Below, in pieces: positions 19,306-29,165 of a DNA stretch of 64,000 nt; the first letter of the stretch is position 1; every line of letters starts with the position of its first letter. Source of the DNA: Nitrospinales bacterium (lineage in GTDB: Bacteria > Nitrospinota > Nitrospinia > Nitrospinales > VA-1); assembly GCA_965223795.1 (NCBI GenBank), contig CBDCXL010000002.1, positions 2,912,001-2,976,000 on the forward strand, given 5' to 3'. A program made the translations under genes and the position numbers. The notes under the pieces were generated by a model. The model made no database searches, had not been told where the DNA came from, and saw only the letters and a list, made by a program, of their open reading frames with translations.

Positions 19306-20608
19306 CAGCAAAGCCGCCGCTGCGTGCGAAGCGCTCAACCGCCGGTTCATCCTCGATCACCCCCTGGATTCGGTCAAAAAAATCGAGAGCATGGAGCCCG
19401 AAACCGCCGCACGGTTTCTGGAGGGCCTGGAGCCCCTGCTCATTTCGCGCATCCTGGACCGGCTCACACCGGACAACGCCACGCGCATCTTCAGTCATCT
19501 GCCCGAGACCATTGCGGGAATGCTCCTGCAAGATGGCAGCTCCAATGTGATGGTGCAGATTCTGGGGCACCTGCCCGAGGAGGACAGGAGCCGGCATCTT
19601 TCCAACCTGCCGGATACGGTGCAACGGGAATACAAGCGGCTCATGGCGTATCCGCCCGATTCGGCGGGCCGGCTGATGGACACGAATTTTCTCGTGTTCC
19701 GCGAATCGATGACGGTCAAACAGGCGATGAAGCGTCTCAGATTGCCGGGAAAACGGACCTCGCGGACCTTATACCTGGTGGATGCCGGCAACGTGCTGAA
19801 AACCCGGATGGAGATTCAGGACCTGGTGCTTGCGGATTACAACAAAGAGCTGCGCGAGTACGCCCGTCCCGTGCGGGTGGTCCTGCATCCCGAAGACCCC
19901 CGGGAAGAGGTGGTGCAAAAGCTGGAGGAATTCAAACTGACCAGCCTGCCGGTGGTGGACATTTCGGGGTACCTGGTCGGGGTTGTGCGCCACGATGCGC
20001 TGATCAAGGCGGCCGAGGAAGAAGCGACGGTCGACATCCAGACCATGTTCGGCGTCGGCGAAAACGAGCGCGCGCTCTCCGGGCCCGGCGTGGCCATCCG
20101 CAACCGGCTGCCGTGGCTGGAAATCAACCTGTTGACGGCGTTTCTCGCCTCGGCGGTGGTCGGCCTGTTCGAGGGATTGATCGCCAAGTTCACCGCGCTG
20201 GCGGTGCTTTTGCCGGTGGTGGCGGGGCAGTCGGGCAACGCCGGCGCGCAGGCGCTGGCGGTCACCATGCGCGGGCTGGCGCTCCGGGAGATCAGCGTGC
20301 GCCACTGGGGCAAGGTGGTGGTCAAGGAGATGTGGGTCGGCTTCGTCAACGGCATCGCCATCGCGGTGACGACAGCGGCCGGAGTGTACGTCTGGAGCCG
20401 CTCCATCGGGCTGGGGCTGGTGATCGGCCTGTCCATGATCCTGTCGATGGTCGCCGCGGGCATCGCCGGAGCCTCGGTGCCCATCGTGCTCACCCGCCTG
20501 GGCAAAGACCCGGCAACGGCTTCCTCGATCATCCTGACCACCGTCACCGACGTGGCGGGGTTCTTCTCCTTTCTGGGGATCGCGATGATGCTTTCCAGCC
20601 TGCTTTGA
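19298..20608 (+). CDS. mgtE: Magnesium transporter MgtE
   Basis: YPPDSAGRLM, CBS pair, RLPWL, GQSGNAGAQ and DPATAS...TTVTDV. ATG 19298 overlaps the end of the upstream gene. Confidence 0.9.
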   Translation: MINSKAAAACEALNRRFILDHPLDSVKKIESMEPETAARFLEGLEPLLISRILDRLTPDNATRIFSHLPETIAGMLLQDGSSNVMVQILGHLPEEDRSRHLSNLPDTVQREYKRLMAYPPDSAGRLMDTNFLVFRESMTVKQAMKRLRLPGKRTSRTLYLVDAGNVLKTRMEIQDLVLADYNKELREYARPVRVVLHPEDPREEVVQKLEEFKLTSLPVVDISGYLVGVVRHDALIKAAEEEATVDIQTMFGVGENERALSGPGVAIRNRLPWLEINLLTAFLASAVVGLFEGLIAKFTALAVLLPVVAGQSGNAGAQALAVTMRGLALREISVRHWGKVVVKEMWVGFVNGIAIAVTTAAGVYVWSRSIGLGLVIGLSMILSMVAAGIAGASVPIVLTRLGKDPATASSIILTTVTDVAGFFSFLGIAMMLSSLL

Positions 20609-20802
20609 ACCTGGGAGCCAATTTCGCGTTGCTTGTCATTCCCCTTTATCCTCTTTAAGATCAATTTGGTACGTGCCTGGGTTGGGGCAGGGGCCTGGGA
20701 AGCCGTTTGAAGATCAAATGCGGGTATTCTGGTATATAATTTCCCCATTCTGATGCGGGAGGGTGAACCCGCTACACAGCAAACGATTTTTATGAAAACG
20801 TC

Positions 20803-22570
20803 ATGAAGCCGGTTTTATCTTTCACATTCAAGGTGATTGGGGTGGTTTGGTTGCTGTTGTTTTTTACGGCGACTGGCATGGCGCAGCAAAATGCGGACAC
20901 GCAGTCCAAAATCGAACTCACTTCCGAGGCAAAACAGCAGCGGCAGCTCGTTCAGATTCTGGAAAAAAAGCTCATTCTGGAAAAAGAGCTGGCGAAGGTT
21001 TCCAAAGACAAGCCCAGTCCGGAGGAAACCAAACGGGCCGAGGAAATCCATGCCGAACTGGATGTCTTGAACAGCAAATTCGATTCGCTGGCCACCCATG
21101 TGCAAAAAAGCGATTTCGTCGTTGAGGAGAAGCGGGACACCACCTGGATGGAGGAACTGCGCGAAATCACCCGTCCCGTTGCTTGCGGCTCTGCGGGATA
21201 TCACCGAGCGGCCGCGCAAGATCGAAAACCTGAAATCCCGCATTCAGTACTTGAAACAGCAGATCGCCACCTACGAAAAAGCCCGCAAAAACCTGGAAAC
21301 GATGCTGAAGCTGGAGTTTGAGCGGCCAAACGGAGGGGATCCGCAGGAAAAGCCTGAGATCACCACGGCGGAATTGAAAAAATCGTTTCAGGCCCGGCTG
21401 AAAAAACTGAATCAGAAGTACAACCCCGAGTTTCTCGTACTGGATCTGGAAGAAGCGCGAAAAAGCCTCCAGATGCTGCAATCCTCGGAGAACTTCAGCA
21501 CGACATTCATCAAGGAATTTTTCCAGGTGCGGGGACGCAACCTGCTCATCGCACTGGCGGCATTTCTGATTCTCTGGCTCATCCTGACGTCGCTGTACCG
21601 GTTCTTTGCGGTGCGGATGCGGATGCTTTCCCGGCTCGATCCGCATTACCAGAAGGTCATCAAGGCGGCATACAGCCTGTTCATCTTCATTTTCTGCAGC
21701 ACCGCCAGCATCGTGGCGCTCTATCTTCTGGACGACTGGCTGATTCTGAGTATCGTGATCCTGGTTTTAGCGGGCATCGCGCTCGGTTTCCGCGAGTTCA
21801 TCCCCAAGTTCATCCGCGAGCTCAGGCTGATTCTCAACCTCGGCACGGTGCGTGAGGGAGAGCGCCTGATCTGGCAGGGCATCCCCTGGAAAGTGCAGGA
21901 GATCGGCGTGTACGCCATTCTGCGCAACCCCCGGCTGCAGGGCGGGTTGATCAAGCTGCACGTGGGAGAGCTGGTGGGGCTTCATTCCCGGCCGCTGGTT
22001 CTGGAGGAGCCCTGGTTTCCCACGAAGGTGGACGACTGGGTGATGCTTTCGGATAAGACCTACGGCCGTGTCGTCAAGCAGACCTCGGAACAGGTCGTGA
22101 TCGAGAACTACGCGTCGCAGAAATTTTACAAGACGACGAAGTTTCTCGAAATGGATCCGCGGAACATGTCGACAGGCTACCGCATTGTCATTACGTTCGG
22201 TCTGGATTACGGCATTCAGGACCGCATCACCCGTGAAATTCCGCGCATGTTCCGCAGCCGCCTGGAGGAATTGTTTCAGTCGCGGCTGGAAGGGGACGAT
22301 CCGGACATTCAGGCCATCCGGGTGTTTTTCGACAGCGCCGGGGCCAGTTCGTTGAACCTCATCGTGCTTTTCAAGATGCACGGCCGTTGCGGCGGTGATT
22401 ACTATCCCCTGAAATGGGACATCAACAAAAGGCTGGTGCAGATCTGCAACGAGAACAATCTGGTGATCCCGTTCACGCAGCTCACCGTCAGCCCTTCCGC
22501 GGATTTGAAATCCTGGGTGAACCCCAGTCTGGACGGAGACGCGAAAGCGTCCAGCCCGCAAACGGATTGA
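20803..22570 (+). pseudogene. Large MscS-family channel split by a +1 frameshift near 21175 (pseudogene or sequencing error)
   Basis: The signal peptide/coiled coil in ORF 20803 continues as LLAALRDITERPR in the frame of ORF 21098 if one base in CGTCCCGTTG is removed. The C-half has NLGTVREGER, EEPWFPT, FGLDY and IPFTQL. Confidence 0.75.
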
Positions 22571-22621
22571 CTCTCGTATTCCACACGGATCTCAACTTCC
22601 TGACCACTCGCAGGTAGACCT

Positions 22622-23791
22622 TTGCACGCACTCACCGCCACCATAGAATTCCAGATGAGCCTGCTGCTGTTCGTCGCCCTGGCCGGCTATCTGGTCGCCT
22701 CCCGCGTCGGGCAGCCTGCCGTGGTCGGGGAAATCCTGGTCGGCATGCTGATCGGCCCGAGCCTGCTGGGCTGGGTCACCTACACCGAATTCGTCAACAG
22801 CGTCGCCCATCTCGGCGCCATCATCCTGTTGTTCGTCATCGGCCTGGAGTTCAAGATCCGCGATATCGCCAAACCGGGGTATGCGGTGATCGCCATCATG
22901 GGGATCGTGGTTCCCTGGATCGGCGGGTATTTTCTGGCCACGGGATTCGGGTTCGACACACACCGCGCGATCCTGATCGGCGTGGCGCTCACGGCCACCA
23001 GCATCGCCGTGACCGCGGACACGCTGAAAGAAATGGGCAAGCTGCAGTCCGAAGCCGGCAAAGCCATCATCGGGGCGGCGGTGATCGACGACGTGCTGGC
23101 GCTCCTGGCGCTGTCCATCACGGGGCAGATGTCGGAGGGGAGCCTCACCGCGGCGGCGGTGGCGTTTTCCGTGTTCAAGGCGGTGGGTTTCCTGGTCGCC
23201 GGTGTCGCGGTGGGTCTTTGGGCGGCCAGCCGCTGGATCGCGAAGCTGGACGAGTCCGCGCTGGCGCGGAAATATCCGGAGTTCGTTTTCGTGTTCGCCA
23301 TGATGACCGCTTTTTTCTATGCGCTGATGGCGGAACTGTGCGGTCTGTCCTCGATCGTCGGCGCTTTCATCGCCGGCGTGACGATGGAAGGCGTCAATCT
23401 GAAAAACAGCAAAAACCTGAAAGAAGGCGCCGAATATCTGAGGATCATCTTCGCGTCGATCTTTTTCGTTTCGCTCGGCATCATCGCGGATCTGAAAGCG
23501 CTGCAAACGCATGTCATCGGCTTTCTGCTGGCGCTGACGGTCGTGGCCGTGCTGACGAAAGTCCTGGCCTGCGGCATTCCGGCCCGGCTTCAGGGTCTTT
23601 CCTGGCGCGATTCCTGGGTGGTGGGTTTCGGCATGGCTCCGAGGGGGGAGGTCGTGATGGTCATTGCATTATTGGGCCTCAATCAGGGCATGATCGAGCA
23701 GCCCCTGTTCGTGGCGCTGGTCCTGATGAGCCTGCTGACCGCGATCATCACCCCGCTGGTGCTCAGGTTGTGGCTTTACCGCAAGAGTTGA
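22622..23791 (+). CDS. Cation:proton antiporter (CPA2 family)
   Basis: LLFVIGLE, ATSIAVT, GAAVIDD and GMAPRGEV motifs; many TM helices. Confidence 0.9.
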   Translation: MHALTATIEFQMSLLLFVALAGYLVASRVGQPAVVGEILVGMLIGPSLLGWVTYTEFVNSVAHLGAIILLFVIGLEFKIRDIAKPGYAVIAIMGIVVPWIGGYFLATGFGFDTHRAILIGVALTATSIAVTADTLKEMGKLQSEAGKAIIGAAVIDDVLALLALSITGQMSEGSLTAAAVAFSVFKAVGFLVAGVAVGLWAASRWIAKLDESALARKYPEFVFVFAMMTAFFYALMAELCGLSSIVGAFIAGVTMEGVNLKNSKNLKEGAEYLRIIFASIFFVSLGIIADLKALQTHVIGFLLALTVVAVLTKVLACGIPARLQGLSWRDSWVVGFGMAPRGEVVMVIALLGLNQGMIEQPLFVALVLMSLLTAIITPLVLRLWLYRKS

Positions 23792-24298
23792 ATTTCTGGA
23801 TTCCACAATTGAGCGGCTTGCGAAATTTTTCTTATTAAAAAAGAAGAATCTGGACCGGTGTTCTTAAAATCACACAATGATCGAAAATATTGTTTGCAAG
23901 TTTTCAAGGTTTGGGAGTAGATTGATTTCAGCTGCTTGCTTATCGAAAGGAAGTCCCAAGATGGGCGCGATGATCCTGATCCAGACTGCTTTCTCTCTGC
24001 GCATTCAGAAGAAGCCTTCTTCACGAAATTACCGTCCCCGGTTTTCACTGCAGTCGGTGTCCATCACCGACAAGATGGAACAGTCCTTTTTCTCCAAAGG
24101 TTACATGTAATCCCGCCTTGCCGTTTTGATTTTCCTTCCCGGCCGGTATCCGGCCCAACCGTATCCGTGTGTCCTGGGGAGGGTTCCCCCTGACTTGAAA
24201 CCTGAATTCGTATTCTCGTCATCCGAAAGGAAGGTGATGTGAATATCTTTGGGTTCGTACGTCCAACAACAACTGTTTGCTAATTCAGGAGGTTCATC

Positions 24299-24616
24299 AT
24301 GAAAAAATCATGGCTGGCTGTCATGGTTGTGTTGAGTTCGTTCCTCGCCTGTTCGCCGGTTTCATTTGCTCAAACGGAACAACCGCAATCAGAACATTTT
24401 GAGCCGTTCACGAAGGAGGATTTCAATGTCACTTCGGAAAATGAAGGAGGTGATTCTATTCACAGGGATGAGATTCCTTTCCTGGAAGAAAGTCAGGAGG
24501 AAATCTTATCCGAAGAAGAAGCTGCCTTTGAAGAGTTTCATAAAGACGCCATGACTCAGGATGAGGTCCCGGAGTCTGTGGAATCCGAAGAAGAGGAACC
24601 TGAAAAAAGAATGTAA
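24299..24616 (+). CDS. Secreted acidic hypothetical protein
   Basis: AGGAGG SD, signal peptide and Glu-rich mature part. Confidence 0.7.
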   Translation: MKKSWLAVMVVLSSFLACSPVSFAQTEQPQSEHFEPFTKEDFNVTSENEGGDSIHRDEIPFLEESQEEILSEEEAAFEEFHKDAMTQDEVPESVESEEEEPEKRM

Positions 24617-24688
24617 CACCTTGTGAATGATTCCAACCCAAGAAGGAATTCGCACGGAATTCCTTCGCCACTCATGAAAGGTCGATCC

Positions 24689-25018
24689 ATGAAAAAAAAT
24701 AGCTTGTTCTTCGTGGCCCTGTTGGCGGTTCTTGCGTTGATGTTGGCTCAGGCGTCTTTCGCGGAACAAAAGCACAAAAAAGAGTTGCCCGCGAAAATGC
24801 AGAAAGCGGAAGCGAACAACGGCTCTGGAAAAGCCACGAAAATCTGCAGAAGGGAAATCATTCAGGCGAAAAAGGAATGCCTGAAAATGAAAGGTGTGGA
24901 AAGGATGGAGTGCCGGATGCAGGTTCAGGAATTGGCGAAGGGCTGCCCGGATAAAATGGCGATGAAGAAAAAGAAAGGCAATGATAAAAAAATGTCCGAT
25001 AAAAGCAACAGCCGGTAA
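24689..25018 (+). CDS. Secreted Lys-rich hypothetical protein with 4 Cys
   Basis: MKKNSLFFVALLAVLALMLAQASFA signal peptide; followed by a strong hairpin. Confidence 0.65.
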   Translation: MKKNSLFFVALLAVLALMLAQASFAEQKHKKELPAKMQKAEANNGSGKATKICRREIIQAKKECLKMKGVERMECRMQVQELAKGCPDKMAMKKKKGNDKKMSDKSNSR

Positions 25019-25031
25019 CGCTTGATTGCAA

Positions 25032-25072
25032 AGGATGCCTCCGGCGCCTGTTTTCAGCGCCGGAGGCATCCT
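25032..25072. terminator. 16-bp inverted repeat, probable terminator or stabilising hairpin
   Basis: AGGATGCCTCCGGCGC...GCGCCGGAGGCATCCT; no clear T-tail. Confidence 0.55.
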
Positions 25073-25188
25073 CAGGTTCATTGCCGTCCCCGTCCACACG
25101 CTTGTCGATCCAGCCCAATATAGTCCCGGCCCGTTTGTTCGTTTGTGGTATGATCTTCATCGGCATAACTCAAAACTCCTTTATATTT

Positions 25189-26823
25189 ATGGAATTAAAC
25201 AGAATCGAAGGAAATTTTTCTCCCACCGAGGACAAAAAGTGTTCGGTTTCTGGCAAGGGAATGGTCTCCACGGCGTTTCCCGAAGCCACCGAGGCGGGTG
25301 TGGAAATGCTGAATAAAGAAGGCAATGCGATCGACGCCGCGGTCGCGGCGGCGCTGGCGCTTTGCGTGTGCGAGCCGCAGGCCAGCGGTCTTGGCGGCCA
25401 GTCGATGGCGCTGCTGCACTACCAGGGCAAGACCACCGCCATCGACGGTTCCAGCCGGGTGCCTTCCCTGGCGCATCTCGACAGCATCGCGGGCAAGATG
25501 GAGCGTTTCAACGGGCACCGCGCTTCCACGATTCCCAGCACGCCCGCCGTGATGGGCTACCTGCATTTCCGCTACGGGAACCTGGACTGGGGGGACGTTT
25601 TACAGCCTGCCATCCGCATTGCGCGGGAGGGGTACCGCATCACCGACCTGCAGTCGCGTTTGCAGGAGCGGGAGACCGAATCGTTTCGCAGCCAGAATGC
25701 GCAAAGCGGCGCAAACTATTTTTTGAAGGACGGGAAAACTGCCTACGCACCGGGAGACAGGTTCGTTCAGCCGGATCTCGCCGATCTGCTCGAACACCTG
25801 GCGGCGCACAGCGCGAAATCGTTTTACACCGGAAAGATCGCAAAGCAGATCGATGCGGACATGCAGGAAAACGGAGGGTTCATCCGCAAAGAGGATCTGG
25901 CGCTCATCCCCTGGCCTTTGGAGCGCAAGCCGATCAAACGCAAATACCGCAGGGTGGACGTGTTCACCAGTCCGCCGCCCGCCGCCGGGAGGACGCTGCT
26001 TCTGGTCCTGCAGATGCTGAAGAACCTGCCCTCCAAATTTCTGCGCGGCCAGTCGCCGGAGTCGTATCATTTCATGGCGGAGATTTTCAGGAAGGCGCTG
26101 CTCAACAATAAGGAACGGCCTTTCGAGCCCAACATCTATCCGCAGCTTCCGGACGACAAGCGCATTTTAAGCCGCGAATACGCCCGCTCGCTGTCCGCCA
26201 CGATCCGCGACGTCATCGATCCGATGCTGCCGCTGACGGACCCGTATCCCGCCGTCAACGACACGACGCATCTTTCCGTGATGGACGATCAGGGCAACGC
26301 CATCGGCATCACGCAGTCGATCGAACGGGTGTTCGGCGCCAAGGTGGCGGCGCCGGGACTGGGATTTTTATACAACAACTACATGAGCGCGCTGGAAACC
26401 AAGGACCCTTCGCATCCCTACTATCTGCGGCCCAACGCGGTGCCCTGGAGTTCGGTGGCTCCCATCATCGCGATGCATGAAAAACAGCCGTGGCTGGTGG
26501 CGGGCAGCCCTGGGAGCGAGCGCATCTTTTCGACGGTGAGCCAGTTTTTGTCGCATATCGTGGACGGCAACCGGCCCATCAGCGAAGCCATGATGCTGCC
26601 CCGTTTTCACTGCTCGATCGGCGGCAACCTCAGCATGGAGGTGGAGCGTTTCGATCCGGCCATCGTCGATTACCTGCGCGAGGTCGGCTACAAGATCGTG
26701 CCCAAGGAGTCCTTCTCGTTTTACCTGGGAGCGGTGCACGCGGTGCTCAAAACCCATGATTCCGGAGTCTATCAGGGTGTGGCCGAGATCCGCCGGGACG
26801 GGTCCGCCGCCGGACCGCAATGA
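25189..26823 (+). CDS. Second gamma-glutamyltransferase family protein, probably cytoplasmic
   Basis: GNAIDAAVA, DTTHLS, PWSSVAP and GSPGS motifs; no signal peptide from ATG 25189. Confidence 0.9.
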   Translation: MELNRIEGNFSPTEDKKCSVSGKGMVSTAFPEATEAGVEMLNKEGNAIDAAVAAALALCVCEPQASGLGGQSMALLHYQGKTTAIDGSSRVPSLAHLDSIAGKMERFNGHRASTIPSTPAVMGYLHFRYGNLDWGDVLQPAIRIAREGYRITDLQSRLQERETESFRSQNAQSGANYFLKDGKTAYAPGDRFVQPDLADLLEHLAAHSAKSFYTGKIAKQIDADMQENGGFIRKEDLALIPWPLERKPIKRKYRRVDVFTSPPPAAGRTLLLVLQMLKNLPSKFLRGQSPESYHFMAEIFRKALLNNKERPFEPNIYPQLPDDKRILSREYARSLSATIRDVIDPMLPLTDPYPAVNDTTHLSVMDDQGNAIGITQSIERVFGAKVAAPGLGFLYNNYMSALETKDPSHPYYLRPNAVPWSSVAPIIAMHEKQPWLVAGSPGSERIFSTVSQFLSHIVDGNRPISEAMMLPRFHCSIGGNLSMEVERFDPAIVDYLREVGYKIVPKESFSFYLGAVHAVLKTHDSGVYQGVAEIRRDGSAAGPQ

Positions 26824-27590
26824 AAAAACTGCCCTTCCTGCTTTCCATTCCGCATGGCGGCGAAGCCGTCCCCGAGGAGATCGCCGGCCGCTTTCAGCTG
26901 GATCTCAAGGGCATCCGGCAGGACGGCGACAGCTTCACCCGCAACATTTACGGGCTGCACGATCGGGTCGAAACGCTTCTGGAAACGCCCATCGCCCGCG
27001 CCGCGGTGGATCTGAACCGCGACGTTTCCGACCGGCCGCCGCGGAACCCGGACGGTGTGATCAAGTCGCGCACCTGCGTGGGGAAAACCATCTATCGTTC
27101 CGATGCGCCTCTGGATGAAGCCACCATCGCGCTGCTGCTGGAAAAATACCACGAGCCCTATCATCAGAAAATCCGGACGGTGCTGGACGATCCCGGATCG
27201 ATTCGCATCGCGTTGGACTGTCATTCGATGGAAGCGGTGGGGCCGGAAATTTCTCCCGATCCCGGCGAAGCGCGGCCGCTTTTTTGCCTCGGGTCGAATT
27301 TCGGCAAAAGCTGTCCCCACGATCTCGTCGACAAGCTGGCGGCAAGCCTGCGCCAGGCGTTCGAACTGAAACAGACGGACATCGTGACCGACCGGCCGTT
27401 TGCGGGCGGGTTCATCACGCGGACCTACGGCGGGCGCCCGATTCCCTGGATTCAGGTGGAGATGAACCGGATATTCTATCTTTCTCCACCCTGGTTCGAT
27501 GAAGCGGAGTTCCAGGTGTCCGAGGACCGGCTTGCGCATCTGAACCGCTGCTTTTTGAGCGCGCTGGAATTGTTCGCGGCGAAATTGTGA
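26820..27590 (+). CDS. N-formylglutamate amidohydrolase family protein
   Basis: SIPHGG, VDLNR, YHEPYH, LDCHSM, PFAGGFIT and QVEMNR motifs. Confidence 0.9.
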   Translation: MKKLPFLLSIPHGGEAVPEEIAGRFQLDLKGIRQDGDSFTRNIYGLHDRVETLLETPIARAAVDLNRDVSDRPPRNPDGVIKSRTCVGKTIYRSDAPLDEATIALLLEKYHEPYHQKIRTVLDDPGSIRIALDCHSMEAVGPEISPDPGEARPLFCLGSNFGKSCPHDLVDKLAASLRQAFELKQTDIVTDRPFAGGFITRTYGGRPIPWIQVEMNRIFYLSPPWFDEAEFQVSEDRLAHLNRCFLSALELFAAKL

Positions 27591-28909
27591 ATGGTGCGAG
27601 CGGCGGGGCCGTCCTGACGTTTGAACACAATGGAATTCGATCGTTTCTCGCGTTTCTGGTTTTTGCGTGGCCGCTTTTCTTGAGTTTTTTCGCGGAGGCT
27701 TTCGAGCGGGAGCACCGTGAATCGCACGCCGGGTATCCTTCCGGTACGCTCACCGGCGACTGGGGCGGAGCGCGGTCCTCGCTGTTTGAAAAAGGCATCG
27801 TGCTGGAGCTCGAATACACCGCGGATGTGTTCGGCAACCTTTCCGGCGGCAACGACCGCATTGCAACGATCACCGGCCTGGCTCAGCTCGAAGCGCACAT
27901 CGACACGGAAACCCTGCTGCGATGGAAGGACAGCGAACTTTATGTTTCCCTCATCGCGCCGCACGGTGGCAAGCCTTCGCGCAACCTGGGGGCAGTTCAC
28001 TCGGTCAGCGACATCGAGGCGCCCAACACGGTGCGGCTGCTGGAAGCCTGGGGAGAAAAACGGTTTTTAGATGAACGGCTTTCGATTCTGGCCGGTTTGT
28101 ATGCCGTGGATGGAGAATTCGATGTGCAGGAAAGCGCGAGCGTGTTCATCGGCGATGGTTTCGGAACCGGCCTGGAACTGGCGGGCAGCGGCCTCAACGG
28201 TCCTCCGGCTTACCCGGTCGGCGCGCTGGGCGCACGGGTACAGGCGGAGACGCCGGGCGGCGTTTATCTGCAGGCCGCGGTCCTCGACGGTGTGCCGGGA
28301 GACCCTTCCGACCCCAATGGCATCCGCATCAAGCTCAGTGCGGCAGACGGTGTGTTTTTCATTGCGGAAACCGGACGATCCTGGATTGCATCGGCAACGC
28401 GGCGCAGCAAGATCGGTTTGGGAGGCTGGTTTTACTCGGCCGACTTCGATGATTTGAACCGGGTGGACGAAAACGGAAAACCGCTGCGGCAGACCGGGAC
28501 GTTTGGCGTCTACGGATTCGCCGATGCCATGCTGCTCCCGGAAACGGGGGATCCCCGGCAGGGGCTGGCGGGATTTCTGCGGCTCGGTTATGCGGACGAC
28601 AGGGTCAACCAGACCGAATTTTATTTCAATACGGGGGTGACCTACACCGGCCTGTTCTCCGGGCGCGATGAAGATGTTCTGGGTTTCGGTGTCAGTGTGT
28701 CGTCCAATGGAGAACGGTTCATCGCCTCGCAAAAAAACTTCGGCGCCGAGGTTGAGGGGAGAGAGATCTTTCTGGAGATGGTGTACCGCATCCAGGTTTT
28801 GTCCTGGCTGGTCGTCAAGCCGGACCTGCAGTACATCGTCAATCCCGGAACCGAATCGGGAAGGGGCGATGCGTTCCTGATGGGCACGCGGTTTATGGTC
28901 GCGTTCTGA
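27587..28909 (+). CDS. OprB-family carbohydrate-selective porin
   Basis: LTGDWGGAR, SDIEA, KPDLQYIVNPG and a terminal Phe. Start codon uncertain. Confidence 0.85.
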   Translation: MNGASGGAVLTFEHNGIRSFLAFLVFAWPLFLSFFAEAFEREHRESHAGYPSGTLTGDWGGARSSLFEKGIVLELEYTADVFGNLSGGNDRIATITGLAQLEAHIDTETLLRWKDSELYVSLIAPHGGKPSRNLGAVHSVSDIEAPNTVRLLEAWGEKRFLDERLSILAGLYAVDGEFDVQESASVFIGDGFGTGLELAGSGLNGPPAYPVGALGARVQAETPGGVYLQAAVLDGVPGDPSDPNGIRIKLSAADGVFFIAETGRSWIASATRRSKIGLGGWFYSADFDDLNRVDENGKPLRQTGTFGVYGFADAMLLPETGDPRQGLAGFLRLGYADDRVNQTEFYFNTGVTYTGLFSGRDEDVLGFGVSVSSNGERFIASQKNFGAEVEGREIFLEMVYRIQVLSWLVVKPDLQYIVNPGTESGRGDAFLMGTRFMVAF

Positions 28910-29165
28910 ACGGATGCGTCAACCGTGAGGTCAAAGATTTATTTAAATTCAATGGGATAGGTTAGGGTGAACCGTCCAGGCCGGGTCCGCTTGCAAAAAC
29001 GCCCACGCTGTGCGAAACGGGACGCGCACCGGCTGTGCAAAAAGTTTCGGGACTCTGTGCGGCAATCTTGTATAGTGGGCTCTGGCCTGGCATGCGGGAT
29101 CTCGAAAACCAACGGGTTTGACGTTGTCCAGGGTGAGCGTGGAATAGAATTGAACATGGCTTTTC

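Noticed and set aside
23800..24200. Several short ORFs on both strands after the antiporter
   Set aside because: No convincing SD, motif or consistent frame; possibly a decayed fragment, but not supportable.
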